DNA of 64,000 nucleotides from contig CAWHTE010000003.1 in the NCBI GenBank assembly GCA_963832165.1, positions 224,001-288,000 on the forward strand, read 5' to 3'. The notes under the pieces are model-generated. The model saw only the letters and a list, made by a program, of their open reading frames with translations, ran no database searches and had not been told where the DNA came from. Position numbers and translations under genes: made by a program. Positions 23,803 through 39,232 of this stretch are shown here, one piece after another. This stretch comes from an uncultured delta proteobacterium. Lineage in GTDB: Bacteria; Myxococcota_A; UBA9160; SMWR01. The stretch's first letter is position 1; the number at the start of each line of letters is the position of its first letter.

Positions 23803-24827
23803 TCACCGGCCGAGCAGCCCGGGCGGGACGATGCCGCTCGGTCGCGGGTTCCACACGTCGAGGAATTCGATCACCACCACTGCTGCGTTGTCCGCGGCCA
23901 GCTGCTGATAGATCAAGAACTGGACCGGGAAACCGATCAGCGCCGACGCGAAGATCGGATCGCCGCCGCCATCCGAGACGGCGCGGAACGCGATGAACGG
24001 GATGTTGTTGGCGGCCGCGATGCGCGCGACGGCCGCCGTCTCCATGTCGACCACGACGGGATCGCCCGTGGGCGGGGGCGGTGCAGCGAAGTAGGTGAGC
24101 ATGTCCAGGTAGAACTGCGGATCGAGGAATGGCTGGACACCCGACACCAGGCCCAGGAGGTCCGGCACGGTCGAGCGGGGCACCACACGCTTCGCAGCCG
24201 AGGATGTTCGGACCCGACGTGACGCACGGAACGGCGCGGCCGTTGAACGGGTCCGCGGACTGAGCCAGGCCGCCGATGATCACCTGCGGGTCGGTCTCGA
24301 CGCGCACGGGCGTGTAGGGCAGTGCGGAGTCGAGGCCCGATGCAGGCGACGTCCTCGACGGGCAGGTACGCGTTGAGCGGAACGTCGGTGAGCGTCGACG
24401 CGACGGCAAACAGGTTGGGGTCCACGGGGTAGACGCTCGACTCGACCGACCAGCGATCGGGGACCACGACGTCGCCGATGTTCGGGCCGCCCGCGACGCC
24501 CGAGAACACGATCGCCTTCACGGTGATGCCGTGACTCTTGAGCCAGCCCAGTGCCGCCGTCGTGGTGTTCTTGGCGTCCGTGAGTCCGACGCCGGTCAGG
24601 CCGAGCACGACGCGGTGAGCGGCGATCGTGCCCGCGAAGAACCGCCGCCCGTTGAAGACGCCGATCTGGTCCTCGGGCCCGTCGACGCCCGCGGCCTCGA
24701 GCAGCACGGACTGCTCGGGCGAATACGCGGAGAGGATCAGCACGCGGTCATCGGCCGCCGCGGGTTGCGCCCACGCGACCGTCGCCATGGCCGTGCAAAG
24801 CAGAGCGCACCCGTTTATCACCTTCAT
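23803..24827 (-). CDS. Secreted MTA/SAH nucleosidase / purine phosphorylase-fold protein, two apparent +1 frameshifts (~24337, ~24185)
   Basis: Signal peptide; ILSAYSPE, TGVG, FSGVAGG..IGDVVVP, then VDMETAAVA and FRAVSD in later frames (ORFs 23937..24848, 23774..24409, 23803..24186). Confidence 0.72.
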
Positions 24828-25149
24828 CCCGATTCCTCCGGTCCGCATGGGCGAACCTGACGGCCCGTCAGATCAGGCATCTTCGGCGCGGGCACCCCCC
24901 GGTGTCAACGGCGCGATGCTTCGGGATACGAACTAGGCCGATTCCGCGGTGTGCTTGCCTGGGGCCGGGCGTTGATTCGCCGCGTCGGCGTTGTGGCTCC
25001 GTCGGCGTGCACGACGGTGCACCGGAGCACAACGGTTGCCGGCTCGGAGACGCATATGCTCCAGGATCACCAACGCCTCCGGCGGCGAATTCAAGCGCCC
25101 GGCCTAGGCCATTGGGAGGTGCACGCTTCCAGGGCGTACGAGTTCGAGT

Positions 25150-25341
25150 GCCGGGGTGGTTGGCTTGCTGCGGCGAAATAAAGCGGAGCCGGCCACGGGC
25201 CGTCGCAGGGCTCGTGGCACCTTGGGTTGGACCGGCAACCTGAAAGCCTGAAGCCATCGCTGGCTTCGGACCCTTCGGGCGAGAGAGAACGTCACCCCCA
25301 GGCCGGCGAGCCATGAGCCGCAGCAAGCCAACCACCCCGGC
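25150..25341 (+). ncRNA. Candidate structured non-coding RNA of unknown family
   Basis: Perfect 25-bp terminal inverted repeat, several internal stems with G-U pairs on the + strand, C(UUCG)G tetraloop; intergenic. Confidence 0.6.
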
Positions 25342-25386
25342 CGCACGAAACGATGAGGAGATCAACCGCTCCGCACGACAACGACG

Positions 25387-27012
<1,626 letters not shown>

Positions 27013-27134
27013 GGGGGACCCCTGGTGGTCGCTGCGCAACAGCGGCGAGTAAGCTACCGCAAGTCTCAAGCTGGCAGCGCGGTATGCCGATTCGACCGAA
27101 ATCGAATCGCACGGGAGAATTCGGAGCCCGCTCG

Positions 27135-28533
27135 ATGACGGCAGCGGTTTCGAAGAGTCGCGTCCTCTGTGTCGACGACAGTCGGCTCACGCGGGAACAG
27201 GTGCGCGATGCGCTCGGCGATCGCGTCGATCTCGAGTGCGTGGAGAGCGGCGAGGCCGCGATCCAGGCGCTCGAGCGCAGACCCGCCGACCTGGTGCTGT
27301 CCGATCTCCAGATGCAGGGCATGTCGGGCCTCGCACTGCTCGATCGCGCGCGCCGGATCGCGCCCGGAGTGCCTTTCGTGTTGCTGACTGCGCACGCCAC
27401 GATCGACAGCGCGGTCGAGGCGCTGCGCCACGGCGCGACCGACTATCTGCAGAAGCCGATCCAGCCCGAGCATCTCGTCTCGGTGGTCGAGCGCGTCCTC
27501 GCCCACCAGCGCTTGCTGCGCGACAACGAGCGGCTGCGCAGCTCGGTGCGCACGCTCGAGTCGTGCCGGAGCCTCATGCACTGTCTCGACCCGGGCGAGG
27601 TGTACGCGGTCGCGCTCGATCTCCTGCTTCCCGCGCTCGGACGCAACCTGGGTCTCGCGCTGTTCCGGCGCACCGAGATGCCGGGCTCCGACGGCATCGC
27701 GTTCCGCGGCTTCGACGAGGTCGCTGCGACCGAGCTGCAGCGCCGCCTCGCGCAGGCGAAGGCCGACAGATCGCTCTTCGACACGCACGAGCCGCTCATC
27801 ACGCGCGGCGGCCCGATCGGGGAGGCGCTCGAGGAGCTCGGTGCCGGCGGCGGATCGGCGCTGCTCGTTCCGCTGCGCGGCGCGGAGACCGAAGAGGGCC
27901 TGCTCTGGGTACCCGAGCAGGGCCGCCCGACCACCGCGCTCGAGCTCGAGCACGCGCGGCTGATCGCGGCGCACGCCGAGCTCGCGCTCGCCAACGCCGA
28001 GCGATACCACCAGGCGAAGGAAAAGGCGTTCATCGACGACACCACCGAGGTGTACAACGCGCGCTACCTGCTCCAGGCGACCGACCGCGAGATCCACCGC
28101 GCCGCGCGATCGGGCAAGGAGCTGTCGGTGCTCTTCCTCGACCTCGACCGCTTCAAGCGCGTGAACGACCAGTACGGGCACCTCGTGGGATCGAACGTGC
28201 TGCGGCGGCTGTCCGAGGTGCTGCTCGACTGCGTGCGCCAGGTCGACACGCTCGCGCGCTATGGCGGCGACGAGTTCACGATCCTGCTCGTCGACACCGG
28301 GCTCAGCTGGCGGCGTGCACGTCGCGGAGCGCATCCGGCGCACCGTCGCCGAGACGATCTTCGAGGGCGCCGGCGGCGAGCCGATCCGGCTCACGATCAG
28401 CATCGGCATCGCGACGTTCCCCGACCACAGCCGCGACCGCGAAGGGTTGCTCGACATCGCCGACAAGGCGATGTACCGGGCCAAGTCGAAGGGGCGCAAC
28501 TGCGTCTGCTCGGCATCGGATCTCGAGTTCTAA
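27135..28533 (+). CDS. Response-regulator diguanylate cyclase (REC-linker-GGDEF), apparent +1 frameshift near 28308
   Basis: LCVDDS/LSDLQM receiver; DLDRFKRVND, RQVD I-site, RYGGDEF; C-terminal ISIGIA..ADKAMYRAKSKGRN in +1 frame. Confidence 0.88.
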
Positions 28534-28552
28534 CGAAGCAAGGCGAGGTTCG

Positions 28553-29371
28553 ATGAGCGTGCGGCGCTATGCGAGGGGATGGTTGGGGTTCGTTCTCGTC
28601 GCGTTCGCGTCGGCGGGGGCCGCGGCCGTGGACGTCGAAGGCTGCGAGAAGCCCAACGTCTCGGTATTCGACGAGAAGTCCCAGAAGTGGGTCTGTGCCG
28701 ATGCGCCGGACCTCGAGTGCGACGGCGATTCGCAGCTCGCCTATTCGGGCGGGTGGCACTGCGCCGAAGAGGCCGTCGAGGAGGCGGGCGACGATCCGGG
28801 GCACCCCGACATCATGTGCGCGTCCGGATCTCCGAGCTTCGACGAGGACGCGCGCCAGTGGGTCTGCCGCGAGGAATCGTGTGACGTGTGCCGGACCACG
28901 CAGCAGCGCTGTAAAGACGCCGCCAAGGAAGCCTTCGACGAGTGCATCGCCAGCGCGAAGCAGCGAGCGCAGGCCGTGTGCCTCGGGACCGACGAGACGG
29001 AAGGCGTGAACCGACTGGGTGAGAAGGTCGAGCTCGACAAGGAAACGTTGTGCGAAGTCGTCAACGTGCAGGACCCCGTAAGCGGAGAAATGGTCGAGAA
29101 GCTCGACAACTGCCAGGGCCCGAAGCTCGACGAGTGCGTGGAGGGCTTCATGAACTACGAGCCCGCCAAGACCACCTCGAGCAACTGGGAGGCGCAGGGC
29201 GGTCTCGAATTCGGGGGCGACAAGTCGCCCGTGAAGGGAAGTCTCGGCGCGTCGGGAGGCCACAGCTGGGGCTACAGCTGGGAAATGACCCAGGGCGCCC
29301 GAAAGTTCTGCTCCGCGTCGATGGATGAAGCGCTCAAGACGTGTTCGACATGCCGGAAGGAATGCAGGTAG
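28553..29371 (+). CDS. Secreted cysteine-rich hypothetical protein (272 aa, 18 Cys)
   Basis: ATG after GAGG; signal peptide ending AGAAA; balanced composition unlike the Arg/Ala/Pro-rich shadow ORFs. Confidence 0.8.
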   Translation: MSVRRYARGWLGFVLVAFASAGAAAVDVEGCEKPNVSVFDEKSQKWVCADAPDLECDGDSQLAYSGGWHCAEEAVEEAGDDPGHPDIMCASGSPSFDEDARQWVCREESCDVCRTTQQRCKDAAKEAFDECIASAKQRAQAVCLGTDETEGVNRLGEKVELDKETLCEVVNVQDPVSGEMVEKLDNCQGPKLDECVEGFMNYEPAKTTSSNWEAQGGLEFGGDKSPVKGSLGASGGHSWGYSWEMTQGARKFCSASMDEALKTCSTCRKECR

Positions 29372-29381
29372 TGACCGCGGC

Positions 29382-30188
29382 TCAGCGCGCGAAGGCCTGA
29401 TCGATGCGCTCGAAACGGCGCCGGATGAACTCGCGGCTCTCGGGGTGCGGGAACAGGTAGAGCTGGTTGCGCTTGATGCCGTCCACGACGAGCTGACCCA
29501 CCGCCGCGACGTCGATCAGGCTTCCGGCCAGCTGCGACTCGTCGACCTCCGGGAAGCTCTGCTGCTCGGGCCCGCCGTAGTCGCTCTGGCGATTGCGCCC
29601 CGAGGCGTCGATGTTCGTCTTGACTCGCATCGGGCACAGCACCGAGGCTCCGACGCCGTGCACGCGCAGCTCGCGGTGCAGCACCTCCATCAGCGCCACC
29701 ACGCCGTACTTCGCCACGCAGTAGGGTCCGAGGCCGACGTTGGGGACCATGCCCGCGAACGAGGCGGTCGCGGCGATGTGGCCTCCCTCGCCCTGCAGCG
29801 CGATGCGCTGCGCGAAGGATTCGACGCCGTGGATCACGCCCCACAAGTCGACGTCGATGACCCAGCGCCAGTCCTCGTGGGTCATGTCCACGACCGGGCC
29901 ACTCACGGCAACGCCCGCGTTGAGGAAGACGATGTGCACGGCGCCCATCTTCTCGAAAGCGGCGTCGGCGAGCGCCTGCACGGACGCGCGGTCGCTCACG
30001 TCGCACAGCACGCCCTCGGCTCGGGCGCCCTGCGCGCGCAGCTCCGCGACCGCGGCGTCGAGTGCTCCGCGCTCGATGTCGGCGAGCACGAGGCGCACGC
30101 CCTCGCGCGCCATCGCCTCTGCGGTCGCGAAGCCGATCCCGCTGGCGCCGCCCGTGATCACCGCCACGCGGTTGACTAGCTGTTCCAT
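29382..30188 (-). CDS. Short-chain dehydrogenase/reductase
   Basis: ITGGASGIG, NAGV, YCVAK (YxxxK). Confidence 0.93.
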   Translation of the reverse strand: MEQLVNRVAVITGGASGIGFATAEAMAREGVRLVLADIERGALDAAVAELRAQGARAEGVLCDVSDRASVQALADAAFEKMGAVHIVFLNAGVAVSGPVVDMTHEDWRWVIDVDLWGVIHGVESFAQRIALQGEGGHIAATASFAGMVPNVGLGPYCVAKYGVVALMEVLHRELRVHGVGASVLCPMRVKTNIDASGRNRQSDYGGPEQQSFPEVDESQLAGSLIDVAAVGQLVVDGIKRNQLYLFPHPESREFIRRRFERIDQAFAR

Positions 30189-30342
30189 CGCGCATCTCCT
30201 CCCCTCGAGCCCTTAGCTCGCTAGGAGCCTAGGAGTAGCCCGGCGTCGGTCAACAAAGCTCGCAGCGTCGCTCGCTAGCGCCAACGCCGCGATTTCGCTT
30301 CCATTCGTACCCCGCCTCGTTCCGCGGGAGCGGAGGAATCGC

Positions 30343-32151
30343 GTGAGCTCGGCGACCGGCGGCCTCGATACCCAGTCCGGGCTGCGGCGCACGCACCGCG
30401 CGGGGGAGATCACGGCCACGCGCGTCGGCGACGAGGTCGTGCTCGGCGGCTGGGTGCAGCGGCGCCGCGACCATGGCGGCGTGATCTTCGTCGATCTGCG
30501 CGACCGCGAGGGGCTCGTGCAGATCGTGTTCAAGCCCGACACCTCGCCGGCGTGCCACGAGAAGGCCGCGGCGCTGCGCTCCGAGTACGTGATCCTCGTG
30601 CGCGGACGCGTGCAGCGTCGCTCGCCCGAGACCGTGAACCCGAAGCTGCCCACGGGCGAGGTCGAAGTGCTCGCGGACGAGCTCCGGATCCTCAACAGCG
30701 CCACGCCTCCGCCGTTCGCGATCGAAGCCGAGACCGACGCCGACGAGTCCACGCGGCTCGAGCACCGCGTGCACGACCTGCGTCGGCCGCCGCTTCAGCG
30801 CGCGCTGCGACTGCGCCACGAGCTCTGTCAGGCCGTGCGCGCGTCGCTGTGCGCGCAGGGCTTCCTCGAGATCGAGACGCCGATCCTCACCAAGAGCACG
30901 CCCGAGGGCGCGCGCGATTTCCTGGTGCCGAGCCGGCTCCAGCCCGGGTCGTTCTACGCGCTGCCGCAGTCGCCGCAGATCATGAAGCAGCTGCTCATGG
31001 TCGCGGGCTTCGACCGCTACTTCCAGATCGCCCGCTGCTTCCGCGACGAGGACCAGCGCGCCGACCGCCAGCTCGAGTTCACGCAGGTCGATCTCGAGCT
31101 CGCGTTCGCGACCGTCGAGGAAGTGCTCGACGTGCTCGAGGCGGTGACTGCGGCGGGCTGCGCGGTGGCCGGGCTCGATCTGCCGCGCCCGTTTCCGCGC
31201 ATCACCTATCGCGAGGCGATCGACCGCTACGGCGTCGACCGCCCCGACACGCGCGTTCTGCTCGAGCTCGTCGATCTCACCGAGGTGTTCGAGGCGAGCG
31301 AGTTCCGCGCGTTCCGTCAGGTGGTCGACGCGGGCGGCATCGTGAAGTGCCTGCCCGTGCACGACGCGGGCGAGATCTCACGCGGGCAGATCGACAAGCT
31401 CGAAGCATTGGTGAAGAAGGAGCTCGGCGGAAAAGGATTGGCGTGGGTCCGCGTCGAGGCCGGCGGAGGCTGGCAGTCGCCGATCGCGAAGTTCCTCTCC
31501 GACGCGGAGCGCGATGCGATCACGCAGCGCACCGAAGCGCGGCCCGGCAGCGTGCTGTTCTTCCAGGCCGACGAGAGCGCGCGCGCCAACGCGATCCTCG
31601 CGCGCCTGCGCGTCGATCTCGGCGAGCGGCTCGGGCGCGTCGACGGCCGGAAGCACGACGTCTTGTTCGTGGTCGACTTCCCGCTCTTCGAGCGCGACGA
31701 GAAGGGCGGGCTCACCTACGTGCACCAGCCGTTCGTGGCGCCGCTCGACGAGGATCTTCCGCTGCTCGAGAGCGATCCCGCGGCGGTGCGCGGCACCCAC
31801 TACGACGTGGTGATGAACGGCATCGAGCTCGGCTCGGGCAGCCTGCGCAACCACCGCGCGGACGTGCAGCGCCGCATCTTCGAGCTGATGGGTTATGCGA
31901 AGAGCGAGACCGAGCAGCGCTTCGGCTTCATGCTCGAGGCGCTCGAGTCGGGCGCGCCGCCGCACGGCGGCTTCGCGTTCGGCTTCGACCGCTGGGCGAT
32001 GGTGCTCGCGGGCGCACCGAGCCTGCGCGACGTGATCGCGTTCCCGAAGACCCAGCGCGGTCAGGATCTCTTGATGGACGCTCCGTCGCCCGTGGCCGGC
32101 GAGCAGCTCGAGGAGCTCGCGATCCGCGTCTCGCCCGTCGAGAAGTCCTGA
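30343..32151 (+). CDS. aspS: Aspartate--tRNA ligase
   Basis: RRDHGGVIFVDLRD, STPEGARDF, FRDED..DRQ, GAPPHGG, VIAFPKT. Confidence 0.96.
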   Translation: MSSATGGLDTQSGLRRTHRAGEITATRVGDEVVLGGWVQRRRDHGGVIFVDLRDREGLVQIVFKPDTSPACHEKAAALRSEYVILVRGRVQRRSPETVNPKLPTGEVEVLADELRILNSATPPPFAIEAETDADESTRLEHRVHDLRRPPLQRALRLRHELCQAVRASLCAQGFLEIETPILTKSTPEGARDFLVPSRLQPGSFYALPQSPQIMKQLLMVAGFDRYFQIARCFRDEDQRADRQLEFTQVDLELAFATVEEVLDVLEAVTAAGCAVAGLDLPRPFPRITYREAIDRYGVDRPDTRVLLELVDLTEVFEASEFRAFRQVVDAGGIVKCLPVHDAGEISRGQIDKLEALVKKELGGKGLAWVRVEAGGGWQSPIAKFLSDAERDAITQRTEARPGSVLFFQADESARANAILARLRVDLGERLGRVDGRKHDVLFVVDFPLFERDEKGGLTYVHQPFVAPLDEDLPLLESDPAAVRGTHYDVVMNGIELGSGSLRNHRADVQRRIFELMGYAKSETEQRFGFMLEALESGAPPHGGFAFGFDRWAMVLAGAPSLRDVIAFPKTQRGQDLLMDAPSPVAGEQLEELAIRVSPVEKS

Positions 32152-32168
32152 ATTAAGATCGCCTCCCC

Positions 32169-33404
<1,236 letters not shown>

Positions 33405-33407
33405 TAG

Positions 33408-35556
<2,149 letters not shown>

Positions 35557-35557
<1 letters not shown>

Positions 35558-36435
35558 TGGCGATCCTCTGCGACAAGAACACGCGCCTGCTCGTGCAGGG
35601 CATGGGCCGCATGGGCCAGTTCCACGCGAAGCTCTCGATCGAGTACGGCACGCAGGTGGTCGGCGGCGTCGCGCCGGGCAAGGGCGGCCAGAAGATCGAC
35701 GGCATCCCCGTGTTCGACACGGTCGACGCCGCCGTGCGCGCGACCGGCGCGAACGCGTCGGTGATCTTCGTGCCGCCGCCGGGCGCGGCCGACGCGATCC
35801 TCGAGGCCGCCGACGCCGGCGTAGCACTCGCCGCGTGCATCACCGAGGGCATTCCCGTGCTCGACATGGCGCGCGCGAAGGCGAGCCTGCGCGGCTCTTC
35901 GATGCGACTCGTCGGCCCGAACTGTCCCGGTGTGGTGACGCCCGGGCAGTGCCGGATCGGCATCATGCCCGCGCAGATCACGCGGCCGGGTCCGGTCGGC
36001 GTGGTGTCGCGCTCGGGCACGCTCACCTACGAAGCGGTCGATCAGCTGTCGCGGCTCGGGATCGGGCAGTCCACCTGCGTCGGCATCGGCGGCGATCCCG
36101 TGATCGGCACGAGCTTCGTCGACGCACTCGCGCTGTTCGAGGCCGACCCGGAGACGCGCGCCGTCGTGATGATCGGCGAGATCGGCGGCAACGCCGAGGA
36201 GACCGCCGCGCTCTTCGTGAAGGAGCACATGACCAAGCCCGTGGTCGCGTTCATCGCAGGGCAGAACGCGCCGCCGGGCAAGCGCATGGGCCACGCCGGC
36301 GCGATCATCGCGGGCGGCAAGGGGCGCGCGAGCGACAAGATCGCCGCACTCGAAGCCGCGGGCGTCGCGGTGTCGCGCTCGCCGGCCGCGATCGGCGAAA
36401 CGCTCGCGAAGCGCGTTCCGTCGCTGGCGGGGTGA
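35557..36435 (+). CDS. sucD: Succinyl-CoA ligase alpha subunit
   Basis: [29 protein letters not shown]. Confidence 0.97.
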
Positions 36436-37673
36436 CGACGGCGGAGCGGCGCCGGCTCGGCACTGCTGCGCTCGCCTTCGCGGCGCTCGCGCTCGGGGTC
36501 GCATGTCTCGAGCTCGTCTCGGCCTGGATCCTGCCCGGGCTCGAGGAGCGCGCTGCACCCGGTGCGTTGCGAGCGATCGAGCCGCAGCGCACGCGCTTCG
36601 AGGAGCTCTACTTCGCCGCGAAGATCCTGCACCCGTATCTCGGCTACGCGGCCAATCCCGACGACCCGCGCGTGAACGACTACGGTTGGTTCGGCGGCGA
36701 TCCGCTCGCGCCGCGCGAGCCCGGCGAGGTGGTCGTGGCGATCTTCGGCGGATCGCTCGCGATGAGCTTTCAGGTGACCGGCGAGCAGTTCTCCCAGGCG
36801 CTCGCTGCGCGCGCGTTCCCGGGCGCCCGCGTGCGCATCGTTCACGCGGCGCTCGACGGCTACAAGCAGCCCCAGCAGCTGATCCAGCTCGCGTTCCTGT
36901 TCGGACTCGGCGCGCGCTTCGACGCGGTGATCAACCTAGACGGCTTCAACGAGGTGGCGCTTCCCTTTGCGGAGAACGTCCCGGCCGGCGTCTACCCGTT
37001 CTACCCCCGCAACTGGCACCTGTTCTCGAAGCAGGGTTTCTCGGCGGAGCTCGCGCACGCGGTCGTGCGCGTCGACGACCTGGCGCAGCGGCGCGAGCGC
37101 TGGCGATCGCGCCTGCAGGGCGGCCCGCTCGCGAACAGCCGTCTCATCCGCGTGCTCGGTCTGCACCTGGATCAACGGCTCTATCGGGACTGGCAGCAGG
37201 CGATCACGGGCGTCGAGGCTTCGCTCGGGAAGGGGCACAGCGATTTCCACGATCTCGGTCCTCGCGTCGCGTATGGCTCCGAGTCGGAGCTGTTCGCGGA
37301 TCTCGTGCGCGTCTGGCGCAACGGGTCGGAGCAGATGGCGCACCTGTGTGCGCGAAACGGTGCCGCCTACTATCACTTCCTGCAGCCCAATCAGTACGTT
37401 CCCGGCGCGAAGGTGTGGAGTGCGGCCGAGCAGCGAACCATGGCGGGACCGAAGTTTTCGTTTCGCCACGCCGTCGAGGTGGGCTATCCGCTGCTGCGCG
37501 CTGCGGGCGCCGAGCTCGCTGCAGCGGGGGTCTCCTTCACGGATCTCACCGATCTGTTTCGCTCCGAGCGCGACACGATCTACATCGACCGCTGCTGCCA
37601 CATGAACGAGCGCGGGTACCAGCGCATGAACGACGAGATCGCCGCGGTGATCGCGCGCGCGCCGCGAGGCTGA
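36432..37673 (+). CDS. Membrane-anchored SGNH/GDSL-like hypothetical protein
   Basis: N-terminal TM; IFGGSLA, LDGFNE, DRCCH..GY resembling SGNH blocks; GTG overlaps sucD stop. Confidence 0.65.
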   Translation: MTTAERRRLGTAALAFAALALGVACLELVSAWILPGLEERAAPGALRAIEPQRTRFEELYFAAKILHPYLGYAANPDDPRVNDYGWFGGDPLAPREPGEVVVAIFGGSLAMSFQVTGEQFSQALAARAFPGARVRIVHAALDGYKQPQQLIQLAFLFGLGARFDAVINLDGFNEVALPFAENVPAGVYPFYPRNWHLFSKQGFSAELAHAVVRVDDLAQRRERWRSRLQGGPLANSRLIRVLGLHLDQRLYRDWQQAITGVEASLGKGHSDFHDLGPRVAYGSESELFADLVRVWRNGSEQMAHLCARNGAAYYHFLQPNQYVPGAKVWSAAEQRTMAGPKFSFRHAVEVGYPLLRAAGAELAAAGVSFTDLTDLFRSERDTIYIDRCCHMNERGYQRMNDEIAAVIARAPRG

Positions 37674-37674
37674 A

Positions 37675-38268
37675 ATGGAGCTGCTGCTGATCCGCCACGC
37701 ACTGCCCGAGCGCGTCGAGACGAAGGACGGCAGCCCGGCCGATCCGCCGCTGTCCGCGATCGGCCGCGCGCAGGCCGAGCGCATGGCGCGCTGGGTGGCC
37801 GCCGAGAAGGTAGGCGCGGTCTACGCGAGCCCGATGCGCCGCGCGCGCCAGACCGCCGACGCGCTCGCGGGCCTGCTGGGCGCGCCGGTCGAGATCGACG
37901 CGGGGCTCGTCGAGATGGACCACCTCTCCGACGTCTACGTGCCGCTCGAGCAGCTCAAGGCGCAGGACTATCCGCGCTGGCAGGAGATGGTGCAGCGCGG
38001 CGGGCTGTACGCGGGTGTCGATCTCACCGCGTTCCGGCGCAACGTGGTCGCGTCGATCGAGCGCGCGATCGCGGTGCACCGGGGCGGCCGCATCGCCGTC
38101 GTGTGTCACGGCGGCGTGATCAACGCATGGGCCGGACACGTGCTCGGCATCGCCGACCCGTTCTTCCTCGACGTCGCCTACACGGGCGTCTCGCGCTTCC
38201 TCGCCGCGTCGACGGGCGAGCGCAGTGTGCGCAGCCTGAACGAGACGGCACACCTGCGCGAAGGGTGA
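37675..38268 (+). CDS. Histidine phosphatase (phosphoglycerate mutase) family protein
   Basis: LIRHA, SPMRRARQTA, VCHGG. Confidence 0.9.
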   Translation: MELLLIRHALPERVETKDGSPADPPLSAIGRAQAERMARWVAAEKVGAVYASPMRRARQTADALAGLLGAPVEIDAGLVEMDHLSDVYVPLEQLKAQDYPRWQEMVQRGGLYAGVDLTAFRRNVVASIERAIAVHRGGRIAVVCHGGVINAWAGHVLGIADPFFLDVAYTGVSRFLAASTGERSVRSLNETAHLREG

Positions 38269-38278
38269 GCCGCGCGCA

Positions 38279-39232
38279 TCACCCCGCGCGCTGGCTCTCG
38301 CGAAGCGAGGCGAGGTCGCGGATGTAGAGCAGGCCGAGCGGCAGGCGAGCGCAGATCAGCGCGACGGGGAAGCACAGCGCGAACGCGAGGATCGCCGCCT
38401 CCGATCCGTGCGGCGCGAACAGGTAGAGCATCGCGGCCTGCTGCGTGCCCAGCCCGGCGGGTGTGATCGGCAGAGCGGCGACGACCAGTACGATCGGCGT
38501 GGCGGCCATCGCGAACAGCAGCGGGGCCGCGGCGTGGAACGCCCAGGTGCCGAGCCAGAAGTAGAGCACGAAGCCGGTGAAGTAGCAGGCGCGCACGGCG
38601 ACGAGCACGGCCAGGTCGCGCAGGGTCGCCTGCCGGTGCGTCGAGAAGATTCCGGCAGCGCGGAAGCGCTGCAGCCAGCTCCAGCCCGGTCGCGACGTCA
38701 TGAGCACGACGAGCATCGCGATCGCAAATCCGTCCGCGATCGCGGCCGCGCGCTGGATCTGCGCGATCGCCGGCGAGTCGGGCAGCGTCGACGCGCCCAC
38801 GAGCGCGAGCGTTGCGAGCACGAGCAGGTCGATGATTCCGTAGAAGAGCATCGTGCTCGTCGACTGCAGGGCGCCGATTCCCTTCGAACGCCGCAGGTGG
38901 AGGATGATCGCGGCGGTCCCGAGGTTCCAGTTGATCGGCGTGGCGAGATAGGTGAGTCCGCGCAGCGCGCGGGCTTCCTTCCAGCTGACGGGAGCGTTGA
39001 AGCGCGTGAACAGGTAGGCGAAAGCGCGCGACTCGAGCAACCACCACGCGGTGACCGCGAGAGCGGTCACGAGCACGAACTCGACCAGGCGCGCCTGCCC
39101 GGCGGCGGTCCACGCGTCGGCGAGCGGGACGCGGTCGAACAGGAACCACAAGATCGCCGCGGCGATCGCCCACGGCGCCGCCTTGCGCGCTGCCTTGGCG
39201 ACGCGTGAGCCCGTTAGTCGCTCACGGTCCAG
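38279..39232 (-). CDS. Multi-pass membrane protein, YbhN/lysylphosphatidylglycerol-synthase TM (flippase-like) family; start uncertain (CTG assumed)
   Basis: Multiple TM segments; LPITPAGLG motif; no ATG/GTG/TTG between the korB stop and the first TM. Confidence 0.7.
   Translation of the reverse strand: MDRERLTGSRVAKAARKAAPWAIAAAILWFLFDRVPLADAWTAAGQARLVEFVLVTALAVTAWWLLESRAFAYLFTRFNAPVSWKEARALRGLTYLATPINWNLGTAAIILHLRRSKGIGALQSTSTMLFYGIIDLLVLATLALVGASTLPDSPAIAQIQRAAAIADGFAIAMLVVLMTSRPGWSWLQRFRAAGIFSTHRQATLRDLAVLVAVRACYFTGFVLYFWLGTWAFHAAAPLLFAMAATPIVLVVAALPITPAGLGTQQAAMLYLFAPHGSEAAILAFALCFPVALICARLPLGLLYIRDLASLRESQRAG

Noticed and set aside
25140..25350. MITE or simple terminator explanation for the 25-bp inverted repeat
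   Set aside because: No flanking target-site duplication, a single copy in the window, a 142-nt structured interior and no U-tract. Not fully excluded without a genome-wide search.
27072..27087. Sigma-54 promoter upstream of the diguanylate cyclase (TGGCAG..TATGC)
   Set aside because: GG-to-GC spacing is one base too long.
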